A stretch of 64,000 nt of DNA from Balanoglossus misakiensis (lineage: Eukaryota; Animalia; Hemichordata), in NCBI GenBank assembly GCA_040954595.2, contig CM082584.2, positions 12,995,166 through 13,059,165 on the forward strand, given 5' to 3'. Below the pieces are notes generated by a model. It had not been told where the DNA came from. It did no database searches and was given only the letters and a program-made list of their open reading frames with translations. A program made the translations under genes and the position numbers. This document shows, in pieces, positions 23,101 to 38,200 of this stretch. Each line of letters begins with the position of its first letter. Within the stretch, counting starts at the first letter, position 1.

Positions 23101-26100
23101 ACGTCATGGACTAAGTTGGCCAGTAAATTTGATAGGTCTGCATTAGGGTAATGTGTTTACCAATCGAGTTGTGCAGACTTCGTTGGTGATACATGTACAG
23201 ATCTGATGTGCATACTGTATATATCACATGCTGCTGACGTGCCCTGGAAAAACGACACTGCAGTTTGACTTTGACTATGTGGAAAACTGACTGGAATCTT
23301 CACTATACTTTGATTCTAGATTATTACTGCTGACACTGGATGACTGTTTATACTACAAAAAGCTCACTCGTGTTCAGCTGTACGGCACCAAGACCCTGGC
23401 TAGTTTAGCGGTGTGCAACATTCCCATGGTGTGTGGATGGACAACTTTATGACAGAGTAGGTATAGCTTCACTAATGTTGCAGCAGTCATGCATTGTAAG
23501 TCTAATAACCGGACCAACTGTCGGCATTTTGCAGCTTAATTTCCATCACTTTGATGTCACCCACTCCCTGTGCATACCTGTTTAATCAGCGCGTTATCCC
23601 AGACTACAGTGTGCATTGTACTTCTCCAGGTGTCTTGTGTGTGGGGGTTAACATGGCAAATGAAGTCATGCGTGCCAACAATGACATTGCCTGCCCTGCT
23701 CAGTTTGGACTGGTTTTACCACATCTTGGTGATAGAGGGAATTGAAAAGAAGCTGTAAGGTGCACTGAACACAGTGGTTGACTGTAATACTAATTGAAGT
23801 TCGATATTGTGCTGTGCACTGTGGGCTTGACAGTTTGTGCATTTAAATTGAGAAGTGTGTGTGCTGTGCATGCATCAGGGTAAGTCTGTCAGTTGTCCAG
23901 AATCTCTCCTGTAATTTTTCTAGTGTTTCTTGCCGGGGTACTGTCCTTGCATATACACATGTACATGATGAAACATCTGCATCATAAGATCAACAGGTGG
24001 TTCCAAGCTGCTTGGAGACTGGTATGTTAGTGATGTATTAACAAGTGCTGCTGCGTTTTATGACAGACCAGTTTACAGATTGATTCACAACAGGATATCA
24101 GCTGAAGATTTCCTGAGGTCAAGTGGGGTTGTAACTTTGTTTGTCCTCCACCTTCCAGCAATGCTACTCAAAATGTAATTTGTCAAAAATTATGTCGACC
24201 AAGACATTTGTCCATGTCAAGGTGCACGTATGTGTTCTGTACCGTAATCTCAGATCTCCTCTGCTGAGAGCCTGTCTATGATTGTACTTTCATCACTTGG
24301 GGAAGAAACTTGGAATCTCAGACAGGTTTTAGAGAAACCATACAGAAACTTTCTAAGTTTCCATCTCAAGACTAGTCTGTCATATACATGTATCTTAAGG
24401 ATTATCAGTACATCAGCTGATCAGGTTGTCATATTGATAATAATCTATAATGCATGGAGGTTGTCAGGTGCTATGTCATGTGGAGGTTTGTGGTTGTACC
24501 ATGGTGATTCTAAAGAGCTTGGTGTTGTAGAGTGTTGCCTTGCTATAACAGCCTTTGTGATAAGATAGTAAATACATTGCTTGTTGTGTGTGTGTTCAAA
24601 TTATTTTACCCTTGTGACATTTGACCCACCAGGTGCTGTTTATAGTCAAAGTCAAACTGCAGTGTCGTGTTGGGTGTTGTTGAAAATCCCATGTGGTTTT
24701 CAGGAGTAATGTTCACGTGTACATGTAGGAAAACAAAATGGTAATATCAGAAATACTATTTTATTCTCATTAGTTCATACATAAGAATGCATATCCTAAC
24801 ATTTGGGCTCCATGTGTTCTGCATAACTTCGGAATTCGGATGATCGTTACACCTTCTGTGATTTGCTCTCATTCAAGAGAATTGCATGAATCAACCAATC
24901 AAAGTAAAGCTAATATGATATGTTGCTAGGGCTTTACAGCTCGTGAATGATTTTTAGATGCATTGGTATGCAGCTCAGAGACAGGTTGCAACTCAACACC
25001 ACAGAAAATACAGTCAGAAATTCCAAAGGGAGATTCTGTAACAGTGTAATTCTTACATTCAAAGAGCAGGACCAGGGCCCATACCACTTTAGCTGTGTTT
25101 ATGCTAGATACATGTCAATAGCAAATGGACTGGTAAACATTCTTTGAGACTGTCCCAGTTGAGGGCACCCAGCCACCAGCAAATGGACAGCGATGACAAA
25201 CACCTCTTCCCTACGGCCACATTACCGGTATGTCCTTGAGTCTACAAGTAGTGGTACTTACTGGTCTGGAATAAAGATCTCACTTTTTTGAAGGGTTGAC
25301 TGACACTTCACATACACATGCACAGAGGGAAGATGACTAAAGTTTTGATGGAAAAATCACTCCTATCCATCCAACTATGTATCCATCGATTCCATGGATC
25401 CACCCCTTTCTTCCATCCATGCCTCGGAGCTTTCCTAATCCTACATTCATCTATCAATCTTCCAAGCTATTCTGTCAGTGTTTATAATTACAACAGGTAT
25501 TTTGTTTGGCAGAGTGTTTTATTTTATCAATGCCACAAAAAAAGATGTTTGGTAATTGTGCAATTGTAGACAATGCACAAGTATTCTTTCAAACTGTTCT
25601 ACATTGTAGACCATTGTAATGCCATTGTTCTTCCCTTTGTATTCTTATCCAGGTATCCGACATCCGAGTGAGGATTGTTTTATTTCAAGGTGTTCCTTTG
25701 CTTTGAATTTGTGTGTAGCGAATCACAGTTAGCAAATAACCCGTAGGTGTAGATTGTGGAATTGTATAGGGTAATTGATCTTGGATTAGTGAATTGCAAG
25801 GAAGAGGTTGGAGTATGATGTGATGACCCTGTAATTGGTGGAACAGTGTATTGTAAATTGATTGCATTCTGTGGCTGTCTGCATTGTTCGTTTATGATGA
25901 AGTAAGTTTGCTACTGAATTTTAACCACTTCATAGCATTGTCTCTTTATATTTCAGGTGCTGTGATTGAAGTAGCCTTATCCTGAAGTTTATAACTGCTG
26001 ATATTTTTTGTAAAAGAAGGCATTTGAACTTTGTTGGTTTCAAGTGCAGGTAAGTAACTAATCTTTTTCTTGCTGAAAAGTTGAAGTTTATTCAAGTAGC

Positions 26101-29100
26101 ATTGTAACATGGCAGAAGTGTTGCAACTTAAAGTAAGTCTTGAAGGAGTCACAGGTTAGCATGGTTCTTAAACAGGACATGTACCTCTCGCCAAGACTTG
26201 CTTTGGTCTGTCACACAGCTGCCCTGTTTTCATATAGTGCCTTTGCAACCTAACGCAACTGAACAGGTCAAGACCCTGTGTTTGTGTGTGGTTACTTCTA
26301 AGTTTATGTAGCGTATCCAGCATACAGACACGCAGGTTATGTGTGGCAGAGATTGATCTGGTGTAGACTGTTCAAAGGAAGATAGATGGATGATGAGTTT
26401 AAATGCTATTGTTCAAAAGTGACACCAAGAATAAAGGCAAGGGGTTGAAATTTATTGAGCAGCTGCACACTTGCGTTAGTAATATATAACACGTAGTGAC
26501 GTTAGTCCTGAAGCAACCAGACATCTTGGCCTGCAGGAATCTATGCTTGACAGCGTTCCATTGTTCTCAAGGCTTTAAATTTAAGGAAAGATGGACTTCC
26601 CTGGTCTTTATGTATATTGTATCTGTTCACCTTTGTTTCACGGGGCGGTGCAGAGACATCAGTTTTGTAAAGAATTTGAGATCCCCTCTGGCTTTTGTGG
26701 CTGTGTGTTGACGATCTGCAAAGTGCAATGAACAGACATGGGCATGTCCACCTTGGCGTATCTTTGATGCATGGGTGGGACGGTCGTGGCACAGTAAGGG
26801 GTTGTGGCTGGTGGGTGGACCAGTGGCAGGTTGAGAGAATGAAGGTCTGCAAAATGTCACACAGCTTGGAAATAGTGAGGAACTGTGGTAGCTCTAGCTA
26901 TCAGCATTGTCCAATTTGGTCCTTGGTTGTACCTTGTGTCAGAAATGACCTCTTCAGATTGGTTCAAGTCTACTTCAACTACTGTTTACATGTACCTTAA
27001 AAAACGTGTTATATTGCCCCTGCAAGCATACTGGTGGCCAGAATTCCACCCTTGGGCCAAAGACCATCAAGAATTGTCCTCTTCTGACACCCAGAGGGGT
27101 AAAAATCATCTTGTCTGGTATTTGGCAATAACAAAATAAAAGTGAAGGGCCTTTTGTATTTCTGTTGTGGTAAACTACATGCACCTGAAGAGATGACGTC
27201 ATATTTACCAGTGCCTCAGGACAACAAATGTTTCTTGTGATGTAGACCTTTGATGTTTGTGGCAATGTTTATCTAACCCAACAAATATCACTTCCCAGCG
27301 TCCATCTGTTTTCATATTCACTAACAAAAATTGCTCAGGTAACTTCACCTGAGATTCTAGGCCACCTTGTTCTACCATTTCACCACTCTATGATTTTTAC
27401 TGCTGAATTCAACAAATCGTAAAAAATGTCAACTTAGCACGTGCTAGTTTTACTGCAGTCCTGACCCCAGGGATAGTTTATTTTCTTTATTTGTAATAAA
27501 AGCAACATCAAGATTTGTACAATGGCAAAGTGTCTTCATAGTCCAGTAGAAAAATACACATTCATTGGCAATGAAATATATTTTAGGATCGGCAATCAGA
27601 GATTTCTGTGGGCAGATTGTTATGGGTACACCCAGGTCACGTTTTGAAGTCAGAACTTATGATCTCTGATGAATGACAGCAAAGAGGGTGGTTTTGGTTT
27701 GTGTGCACTCCACCCAGTGGTTGCTTTTGTGAAAAGGTGATCATTCATAAAAAGGGAGAATCTGACCAGACATTTTCCTTTAGAGGTTTTGTAGAAGTGT
27801 TTGAATTAAAGGTTTTAAGGTGATTGCGCTTGATTTTATGTCCAATCATGGACAACTGAGTGACTGTTTGAACAGTTGCAGCTCCAGCCAGTCTAATTCA
27901 AATTCTGGACACAACTAAGCACGGGGTCAGCGCTGACCACATTGGTGGCATGTCGCAAAACAACTTGGTGGAACGTGGAATTTTGAGACTTTTGAGGGCA
28001 TAGTCCCCTGAGGAATGACAGGTGAGGGGGGGGGGGTTAATCTGTGGTGGGTGAAATAGCCGTGGAGATCCCACTCCAATCTGCCTGTTATTGCAATGTT
28101 CTGTAGGCACTTTGTAGTTAAGTAGGCAATGCATTTTTGGAATGCATGCAGAGACTCTTAGTGTTAATTCTAGATATTGTTGAGAGCCCTGAGTGTGACC
28201 ACTTCACCCTCCATCCCATCATGTGCATTATAATTTAAATTTATTCTGGAATACTTTATTTGTCTGAAAACGTGACAAGACAATTTTCTCCCTGGAGCTG
28301 TGTCGACAATCGTGCCTCCTCGGGTGGACCAGTTTCAGTTGTCTGTCTCACCAACTTTGATGTCTGTAATATGTTTCACCATATATTACCCAGTATTTTG
28401 CTTAGGGGTTACAGTGTAAAGAATTTACTTTGGAAAGGTTGTTTGGCAGTTTGATTTGTAATCTGAGATGAAGGATATGTAGATTCATTTTTTTCACGAA
28501 GCTTGTAATGCTTGGCTATTAGCCTGCCATTTACAGACTGATATACCTACAAAGCATTATTATGCTCCATACACAAGTCATCAACATTTCACGGTCGTTT
28601 GTGAATGATGAAGAAAAAGCTGGTTGCAGTTAGCGAGGGCATTCAAGCGTGAAATTGAAATCGAGTTTTCGAGATTGACCAACATTTTTTAAGGTGAAGG
28701 TCATTCTCGCTTAAAGATCTGTAGCGATTACCAATTATGGCCAGCATTTTTCCTTCAGAAGTGTTATTTGGCAAGAATGTACTGTATGTAACAGTAAAGA
28801 AAGGTTTGTATGTACAGCTAACGTTGTGAAACAATGCATGTAAAGGCTATGATGCAGATTAAACAAAGAGTTTCAATTCCTGAGTCTGCTGAATGCAAAT
28901 TGTGTGAGGGAAGTACACAGCTGAAATATTTTGATAAAACGTAGAGACCCTCCATGGAAACAAACCCTTGTCAACCCATTACTCAAGTGTCCTGTCATAC
29001 AAATTCAATTATTGCTTAGATGTGTGACATGTATAACATTATTTGAATACATCCTGGCCACCAGTATATTTTTCTTTGTTATGCACGTAAAGCATGTCTT

Positions 29101-32100
29101 GAAATGATAATGTTGGTGTGTCGTATTGATTTGATGGGAAACATTGACTTGTTCTTGGAGCACAATGTGAGGGCAGTGTTCATAGATTTGTACGTTTGCG
29201 AATTTGTGCAGCATTTACAAGCATGCAAATCTCTGCTCGCAAATGTACCTCGTAAATGTATGTCGGCAGTTATTCTGACAAAGAGTTCACTAGCTACAGA
29301 GTTTGGCGAATAAATGAGAGATGACTTTGGTCTGGATTCTCAGTGGAAGTGCCCTTGTTTTTCATACATACATGTACTACCAGAATCCCCCCTCAGCTCA
29401 AAGTCTTCAATCCCAGGCTCTCTTCCCCTAAAGTGATTAAAGTGAACAATTGCACCCAATGTGACGCCAAACATAAAATAGAAATTCAATGGCCCAGCAG
29501 GTTTAGGGCTCCACCATTTGCATATAACCGGCATGAGTATCGCAGTTGATTAGCATGGCTGAAATTGACAAAGAACTACGCATTGTCGACTATTGTCGCC
29601 TAAACACAATAGGCTGTCAGCTCGCACCCTAGATCCGACACCAAAACAGAAGAGCGTTGAGTATCGCAACACGCACGGAGTGAAATTTGCCAGGAATTTG
29701 CGTTTAAAAGTGTGATGTTTCCAGTAGTCTACTTTTACAGAGCTCATTCAAAGGTCAGTCATTGGAGATCACAAGAGAATGGATCTCTTTTGTGATATTT
29801 GAGTGTTATAGAGGTGTATTCATCCCCCTTGCCTGTACAATTTTTGTAGTGTTAGTCCGTCATCCTTAGTAGCATGCAATTTCCATAGATTCCGGTACCA
29901 GATGTAAGCAAGCAAGTCCAAGTGCGGTTTTCTTCCCGCATATTTTCACACCCGCAGTTAAAGCTTTGCATTATACATTTAGTGTGTTTTTTAAACTGAT
30001 TACAATAGGGCACAGGGGTGTGTGTAATTCAACAATGAGGGAGGTACTGATGATGCATATAAATGTTGAGACCCAAATCCAAAACAGTGCACAGGGTTTT
30101 CTGTAAGCCTGGGAAGGTTGGACTCAAATTTCAATGTAAATTCGTGTTGAGATTTATACATGTCGGTCGGGGCGCGCGTGTGTGTGCATGCGTGAATGTG
30201 CGCGCACACACAGATGTGTGTTGTTTTGAGATTAAGTCTTGCCTTGTATGAACACAAAGACCGGGCGGGCTTGATTATGGGGATTCTGTGTGCGTAAGAC
30301 AGCTACAATGATGTCATGCAGGCTGTACACATTTATGGTGAGTCTGTACAGCAGTGTAACAGTCTTGACAAATTTAATCTTCATGATAGCGTTCCAGGCG
30401 AGATCTGTACATCTGCAGTGTTCATAAGAATAGAAACATTATCTGTGGTTAATTACAAGGTTAGTTTCTCATGTTTGCCAACAAAGAGCAGGTGACTGAC
30501 AGGACCCCCTCCCCTTCCAACAAATTATTTGGGGGGAGGGGAAATGTCCTGTAGAGGAAGCAACTTCAAATGTTTAACCTGAAATTGTGCCAATTTGCTA
30601 CTTATAATTGCCCAATTAAAGTAGTTGATATAGTTATTAGCAGCTATTATATCTGCTATTGTGATCATCTTGTATTCTTAAAGAGGGTCAGCTGGTTACC
30701 CTTGAGAACTGTCTTGGTCCCTTGGGGAGTCTGGCAACTGTCTCTAGGGACAACTGGTCTTTAAAAGTGTCCTTGATTTATATCTTCTCTGCTATAGGGA
30801 GTATAGTTTGTAGATTCTTGAAGTATTGTTGTATCATACATACATGTACATATACCGGTACCTTGTAGTCTGTTAGTCAGATTCCTTTTGTGGTCATTTT
30901 TGTTTGTCTTCTTGTTTTACTTTTATGACTTCGCAGTTTTGGCCTGGCAGATTTAATCACCTAGATGGGAAATTAGTCAGTCATGATATAACCGACAAAA
31001 GCCTTATGGACAAAAGAAGTTGCTTTGGCTGTTTGAAGCCCGACAAGTCACAAGGCCATTTCATTATCAGAAACTGACAAACAGGAATCGTTCCCATGCC
31101 TTTGGAATTGTTGGTCATGAGATCATTAGAATTTGTTTTGTTGAAAAGTGACCAAAATGTAACAAGGATCTAGGAAAACAAATGTATGCATGTATGTTGG
31201 TGTCATACTCCAAAAGTATAAAAGCACAAACAGCGAACAAGAGATGACTTGAACCTGTATGTCTGCAGGGACAATCACATTTAACAGGCTTGGACTTGCT
31301 GTCAGAGTGCTTTTTACTTGATGCATGTCAAAGACATACCACTGCACTGTGTGATAGCAGCTAAACCCATCTAGGTCTCTCTGCTAATCAAGTCATCAGA
31401 TATTCAAAGTCAATACACTTTTTGTGGAGTACTGTGCCTGTTGTCCAAAAGGCCGACTTTGAACATAAAAAGTGTTGACAGTCTATCTCCTGCAGTTCAA
31501 TTTATGAGCTACTTAATCTGTTGATTGCATTGCTGTGAATAGCCTGAATGTCTTTTAAAATAGACCATTAACAGATACTCCATGTGAGTTTGTTTCATTT
31601 TGCCGGTACTTGGTAACCATAGAAACCAATGCAACTACAAGTTCATTTATTTCAAGATTACATAAATGACAGTTAGCTGCTGATGTTTATCGTAGTGTCT
31701 TGCCAGTTTTTGATGCTGGAAGCTTTGTCTTCTGAAAAGCCATTGCTATGAGAGATACATGTATGTAGAATGCAAATAATTTTATGACAGTGAATAGTGC
31801 ATGAGTAACTGAATGGTGTCATTAATTTTAAGTGACGTTTATGGAACTTTGAATATTAAAATTAAAAATTATGATATTAAAGTGAATGAAATAGATTGCA
31901 AGATGTGTAGGCAATGTATCATTTAATCACCAAATGTCTTTCTCTGCATGTAACTACAGAATTGTCGTTCTTCAGTGTGGCCAGAATCGGGATTTGGCGT
32001 ATGCTTTTTTTTCTGTTCTTCGTACACGTATGGCGTATACCGTTTGTCATTGAACATGCGTACAGAGCTAGAGGGCCCCATATAATGTTTACATTTTGCC

Positions 32101-35029
32101 TTTGACAAGTTAAGGAGATCATTTACTGCCTTATTTGGAACGACGAACATGAGGTAATGTCGGTAAGTGTGGGCGCATTGAAATTACTACGTATAGTGGA
32201 GGTCACGATGTTTTTTTTGTGTGAGATGAAAGAGTTTGGTCCTCTCAAAGTTTTATCACAATGTGGAACCACAAAACAGAATAGTTCATGTTATTGTGTG
32301 CTATTAAGATGTTCGAATTACGGTGAAAACAAAGGATCGGTATTGATTAGTCATTTCGTGACTGTGTGAAGTACCCGTCGAGGGGTGACATCCCTGTAAA
32401 TAATTCAGTGTTCCAAAGAAGGGCTCTGTGAGCCGCTACCTTTTCGGCTGCGATCCAAACAAGTATACATGTATTGAAGTAAATGGTTGCTTTATTTTGG
32501 CATGTGAGTTCTGGACCATCATCGTCTTGGCAAGACAGAGCTAGACTGCTGGTATTCGTATAATCGGCTGACGTGAGACAGGTTGGTGATAATCACTATC
32601 AGTGCTCAGTTTGTCTTTGCTTTTCACTTTATTATAGTTTTATTTAAAGGTGTGCGAGTAAGACCCATGTTAAAACTGTATACTGGTATCTCAATGTACA
32701 TTGTAGACTTTAATACTTCAAGGTTTAAATACAGTGTCCGTCAAATGTTGCTGTGTAAAGATAACCATGATAAGAGGGTTTGTCTCTAAATTTATAAATG
32801 TATTAAACTTGATTGTTTTTGCTGTAAAACTGTAGAAAATCAGGGAAGGAAAGTAAAAAGGTCTTTTAGGTGTTTGTAAAGGTCATACATGTATCACTTT
32901 TTTTCTCTGGTTTGGTTCTGGGACAGTGTGTATTGATAACTGGGCAGCGAATACTAATATATTGTTAAAGGATCTGTGCTTACAATAAGCCCATAACTGT
33001 CCAAGGCACACCTTTGGGTTTGTGTTACCTTTGTGTTTGCCAACTTAGATCCCATTCGGAAATCGGTGAGAAGGTCACTGGCGTGAGAGTACATTGGGTG
33101 TTCGGCCGTAGAAAGAATTCCTGGAGTTGTGTTTGCAATTCATACATGCAGTAATGCACCTGTATTTCTTGGTACATGTATTTTCAGCAGTATGTTTTTT
33201 CTGTGTATCCTGCACAGTGTAGGTTTGTATGTCACTTCTCACTGAACAATGGTTAAAGTTGATTGCGAACTAGACTTGGTTATAACTGTGACATTAATCT
33301 GCCAAGTCAGTAAGAAAAGAAAAATGGCACACAATCACCAAATCTGACAAGACCTTGTGATTTCCCTTTGTGGCACAGTTATATCAACTTAAGACCGACC
33401 AGCGATAAAATTCCATGGAATAAAAGCCACAATGGAAGATACAGGGGTATAAAATCTCCATGTTTTGTGAAGGAAATTCTAAGTAGGGGATTAACAGCCA
33501 AACATTAAATGTGGTGGACCAGAGTGTCAAGAGTGAATAAAAGTCACAAAAGTGCGAAAACATCACAATGTTCATGATCATCATCTGTTACGGAATACAA
33601 GGACAGGTAGTCTATGTCTTGAAAAGCTGGATTTGGATAAGGTTGCATGGTCAGGGATCTGGGTAGCAGATCAAGAAATCCATCATCTTCTCTGCCTGCT
33701 TTGAATGCCAAGTATATAATCAGATGAGATGGAGGGGGAGGGGTATCAGACTATCACATACATTTTTAAGTCGACCCAGTGAGGGTAACAAAAGGACAGC
33801 CCATGTGAAAATGATACCTGAAGTACATTTCTGTTAATGGTTGATTTTTCAAGAGTCGATTCTACAAGTTGGAAAGTGTATAGGTGCTGTGCCTCAAAAC
33901 TTGCAAGGCCAGAACATGTCAACATGAACTTGTTGCTATGCCAAGGTCAATGTAAACATGTTTCTAGTGGCAGTCAAGTGTGAACTGTCTCACAAGTTTA
34001 TGGCTGTACCTGGTATTGTTTTTTTAAACTGAAATGAAGATCATGCCAATTTTGACCACATTCATCAGTAGAACTAGACAACCCCCTCATCTATCTTTCT
34101 CCGATTGCTAATGAGAGAAGCATAATTGTCCTGGCAAAGATAACGCTTGATTAGCTAAGCATAAACTAGACTTGCTTCAGTGCAAGGTTAATAGGTTAGT
34201 ATCTGAAAATAAGTTAGAAAAATACACAAGCAACTTATGATACAATGCAGGAGAGTGGACAATCTTTTATCTGCATCCAATGTGTTGAGGATTTGTTTTT
34301 GGTTCGGTGTGAAGGTTCCAAGAGAGATTGTGTGATCTTTTGATCCTTAGATGATACGCAAGGTTTAAAATGCATGAGCACCTGTTGTGTGGAGGAGGTG
34401 AAGACAGGAAAGAACTGTCATGTGATATAGTGTTATTGCTCTCAGAAAGCCACCAAGAAATGTATGTGTACATCATCTGTGCAGAAACTGGAACTGGGCC
34501 ATTATCTTTATGCTTTGATGACTTTTGATAGTACAGAACAATCAGGAAAACTGACAATAAAAATCATTGATTGTGTGGTTGTCAGCTGTCTGCATGTTTC
34601 CAGATGTGTTATGATTATGAAGAAGGGTATCACTATCATGATGGACACGAGGGGATGGTACATTGCATATACATCACGTCATCCACACACATTTACACAC
34701 ACAGTGCACTCAGTTGTGGGGCGGCCATCTTGGTGGATGCTGGGCTGTTTAATTTGCGCTGCAGACAAAAGGGTCTGAACCAGGTAAAGAAACTCCTCAA
34801 AAGTGGTCATTTTCTCTCTCCTTTTCGGTGCAGGAGATTAGAGTCTGTTGTGTAACTCTCCCGCGCCCTTGGGACTTCCCTAATCCGGAAGGACGGAAAT
34901 TCAACACTGTATTAAGATCGTTAAAAGTCTCTTACATAAGTCACTCAATGGGCAATTTCATACACACATGACAGGAAATCATTAATATCAATTTGTAGCA
35001 ACAAAATTCTTTTTTATTTTCATTTGCAG

Positions 35030-35207
35030 GCTTGTTGTATATCAAACTGAAGAAACAAGACACAGAGAAAAGTGCCAGGAATTTATCCTTGTCGAGTTAA
35101 AACACAAACTGCTGATCGTATTTCCAGAGGAAGATTTTGTATTTAATGTTTTCCTGTATCGCAAGACTTTGAAGAAGAAGAAGATTAAGAGAGCGGCAAC
35201 ATAACAA
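35030..35207 (+). other. Candidate internal 5' exon in the KANK leader region
   Basis: Long polypyrimidine acceptor tttttattttcatttgcag| and donor CAA|gtaagc around a purine-rich 178-nt segment. Confidence 0.4.
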
Positions 35208-38200
35208 GTAAGCTTAATTTCTTTTATCTCATTATCTCTTGGACAAGTGTGAACTATGTCCCTAGCACCATTCTGTACCACTGCCTGCGGTGGTAATTTA
35301 GAATGATATATAATTACTTTGCCTTTTCTGAGACATTTAATTGATTGTTAAGAATAACCTCCACATGGAGTGATAGGATTTATTCTGCTGGGGGCAGTAA
35401 TTGTTTACTCGCTGGGACGCCATTTAAGGAGTTTGTTTTTTCTAGGCTATGGCATGCAGTTACCATTTGGATAGTCCCTAGATACCCATCTGCTGTGGTA
35501 TATGTGTGAAACCAGTGACTGGGCACTGTAGTGGCAACATTGAATGTTTGACTGAGTCAGTGTTTCTGTACAGAGAACTTAGACTTTTTAGATGAGGAGC
35601 AAGCGTTTTAAATCAGCAGACACCTCTCCATTCTTAAGCCTTTCTATTTCTTCATCAAATCCATAAACAGAACGATGAATCATCCTTTTGTTAAAACGAC
35701 CATGACTGTATACATGTGTATGCTTCTAAACCAGTTTGAAGTGTCCAGTATTCAGATCTGATCCTCCACACACCTATATGTATAAGCGACACGGCCATTG
35801 TTGACAAATGAATGTAAGCCTGAACTTAATTCAATTGAAGTTTAGACTTGACGTCAATTTTCCACAAGGGCAGTACACACTAAACAGAAGGGTGTGTTGA
35901 CAGGTAGAATACTGGATATTTCAACGTGTCAGATAGTTATCCTAAACATCTGTACATTGAATGTGTGCTGGAATGTGTAACTGGAAAAGAATTTGATGCA
36001 ATATTTTGTCATAGTAGTGTTGTTACTACTTTCTGTGAAGATCAGCTTGGACGGATAATTTTGGTGTAAGGAATGCCAGATTCCTTGAAACGTGCCATTG
36101 AGGAGGAATCTGCCCTTCAACACATTTAAGAGATGGACATTGAAAATGCAATTTTAAGGAAAATATCCTGTCCAACTGGCTCACAGTATTTCATTTATGA
36201 AGTGCTAGGTCAGCTGAAATAACCCTGTGACCTTGTGTGTCACCAGTCAGCTGTTTTTGTTTAGGCAGTGAAGTCGTCGAGGCCCACACACTGTTCTTTA
36301 CGGCCCCCGTCCATATTTAGCATTGTCTAGTCGTGATCCAGACTGTCTGCGTGAAGCAAGCTATTTATAAGACTCAGTTGTGTGGTGTGTGAATATAGTG
36401 TGACTGTAAGCCTGTAAAATGTGTGATACCTGCTTACGTCATTTACGTCATGCAGGGCGACATCAGTTTGCGCGGTGTTGTCGCACAACCCCTCTGTTAC
36501 CGGATTTCTGCTTTTGAATCGGATGCTGAGAGTCCCATGTGTGATTGCAAGAATCAACAGATCGTTATATTGTCAGAAAAGGCGACTACAGCGACATAAA
36601 AGTAAAATTAGTCACGAACTTTGCCATATGCACAGTCCCCAATTGAGTAATTTATTGTCAGACTTTAATGAGCGATTTTGAGGCCGTCAAGAAGATGTCA
36701 AGATTACCATAAATATCTGATGACGATGTTGGAGGAAAGAAGACAAATAGACAGAAAAAAACTGGATAGGGCAAACTGTAGGCTATCATTACACTTCTAA
36801 AAATAACTGACAGTTACTTGTACATGTAAGTGAAATAACATGACCTCTGCCATTACACCCGATAAAAAAAGATGAAATATTCACCAGTTGGCAGGGGTAA
36901 TAATAGACACTATCCCAGCCCACCCTTCTCAATGCAATCTGATGTTGTGATCAATTTTATCAAACCACTGTAAGTCAAGAAGAAGTGTTCCCTCAGCCTC
37001 AATTAAATGTCAGTGATGCACATTTTTTAACACAGTACTAGTTAAATGCATCTGTAGCGAGTTTAATAACTTTCATACCATGTTAAATAGATTTCCATGG
37101 GTAGAAGGGCATCCAGCATTGCAGTCCACTGACTCAGAGGTCAACCTCAAACTGTTTTCAGTGTTACAGTCTCAGGATGACTGCCACGTATAAGTTCCGA
37201 TGATGGTTAATATTTTGCCGGGCAATGTGCATTGCATGAAGACCCTTGGGTGAAACCCAGCTTAAGTGTGTCCTGTGCGTGTGGACGTTATCTGCAAAAC
37301 TATTAGAGACATATCTTTTCAAGGAAAATAAACTTCAAACCACTTAATACATCTGTCTGGCTATCAACACCAGCATATTGTCGCTGGTTTGCATTAATCT
37401 GGTTCCTATATTTATCTCGGCACGCTTAGTCAGTAACTTGCAAGTGGGCCTGATAGGTTATCGCAGCTGATGAGAGGAGAGAGACGGTCACCACGGTAAC
37501 CCCTCCAGATATGTGAAGAGAGAACCTTGTAAATGTTGTGTAATGCGTGAGATTATTAGTGGGTAAGTGAGATTGATACCCTCAATGTGCTGTTACTGAC
37601 ACAAGATAATGTAATGGTCGATTTTTGTCAATTTAGCTTTCAAAGCAGTTGAGAGTTAGGCCCACAAGGCGGTGATGTTCTTGTTAAAACCCGACACATT
37701 TGACGATGCAAGCATATGCTTTTGATAGGTTGTCACGCTATGGGTGAAATGAGTCAAAGCTTGACTCATCTCTACGTACAGTGGCAGTGCAGAAAATCAA
37801 GTATTTTTTTCCTTTTGATAAATTTGCTTCTGAAATGCCTTAAACTGCCTTTCTGCAAATTGATGATGAAAGGATTGAAATCAATTGCATCTGAGTGTTT
37901 CCTGAGTGTGAGGATGGACACTTGAGACTGGTGTGGAGATATTCTTGAAGGTGTTGACGTCAAGACTTACTCACATGTGACTATAGTGGATTATCTATTG
38001 ATAGACAGACTGCATGTTAAAGTGTTTGAGTCTGTGTGGTCTGATAGACAAGAAAATACATAACGTATTTACTGAAAGAACTGAATATTTCATTTGGATG
38101 TTCTACCTGTGTGTTCTTATGGTAAACTCATTCACAATTTCTCCAGCTGCCAGAAGTCTGTCTTCACACTCCATCTTTCCAAAGCCTAATGATGACTGGA

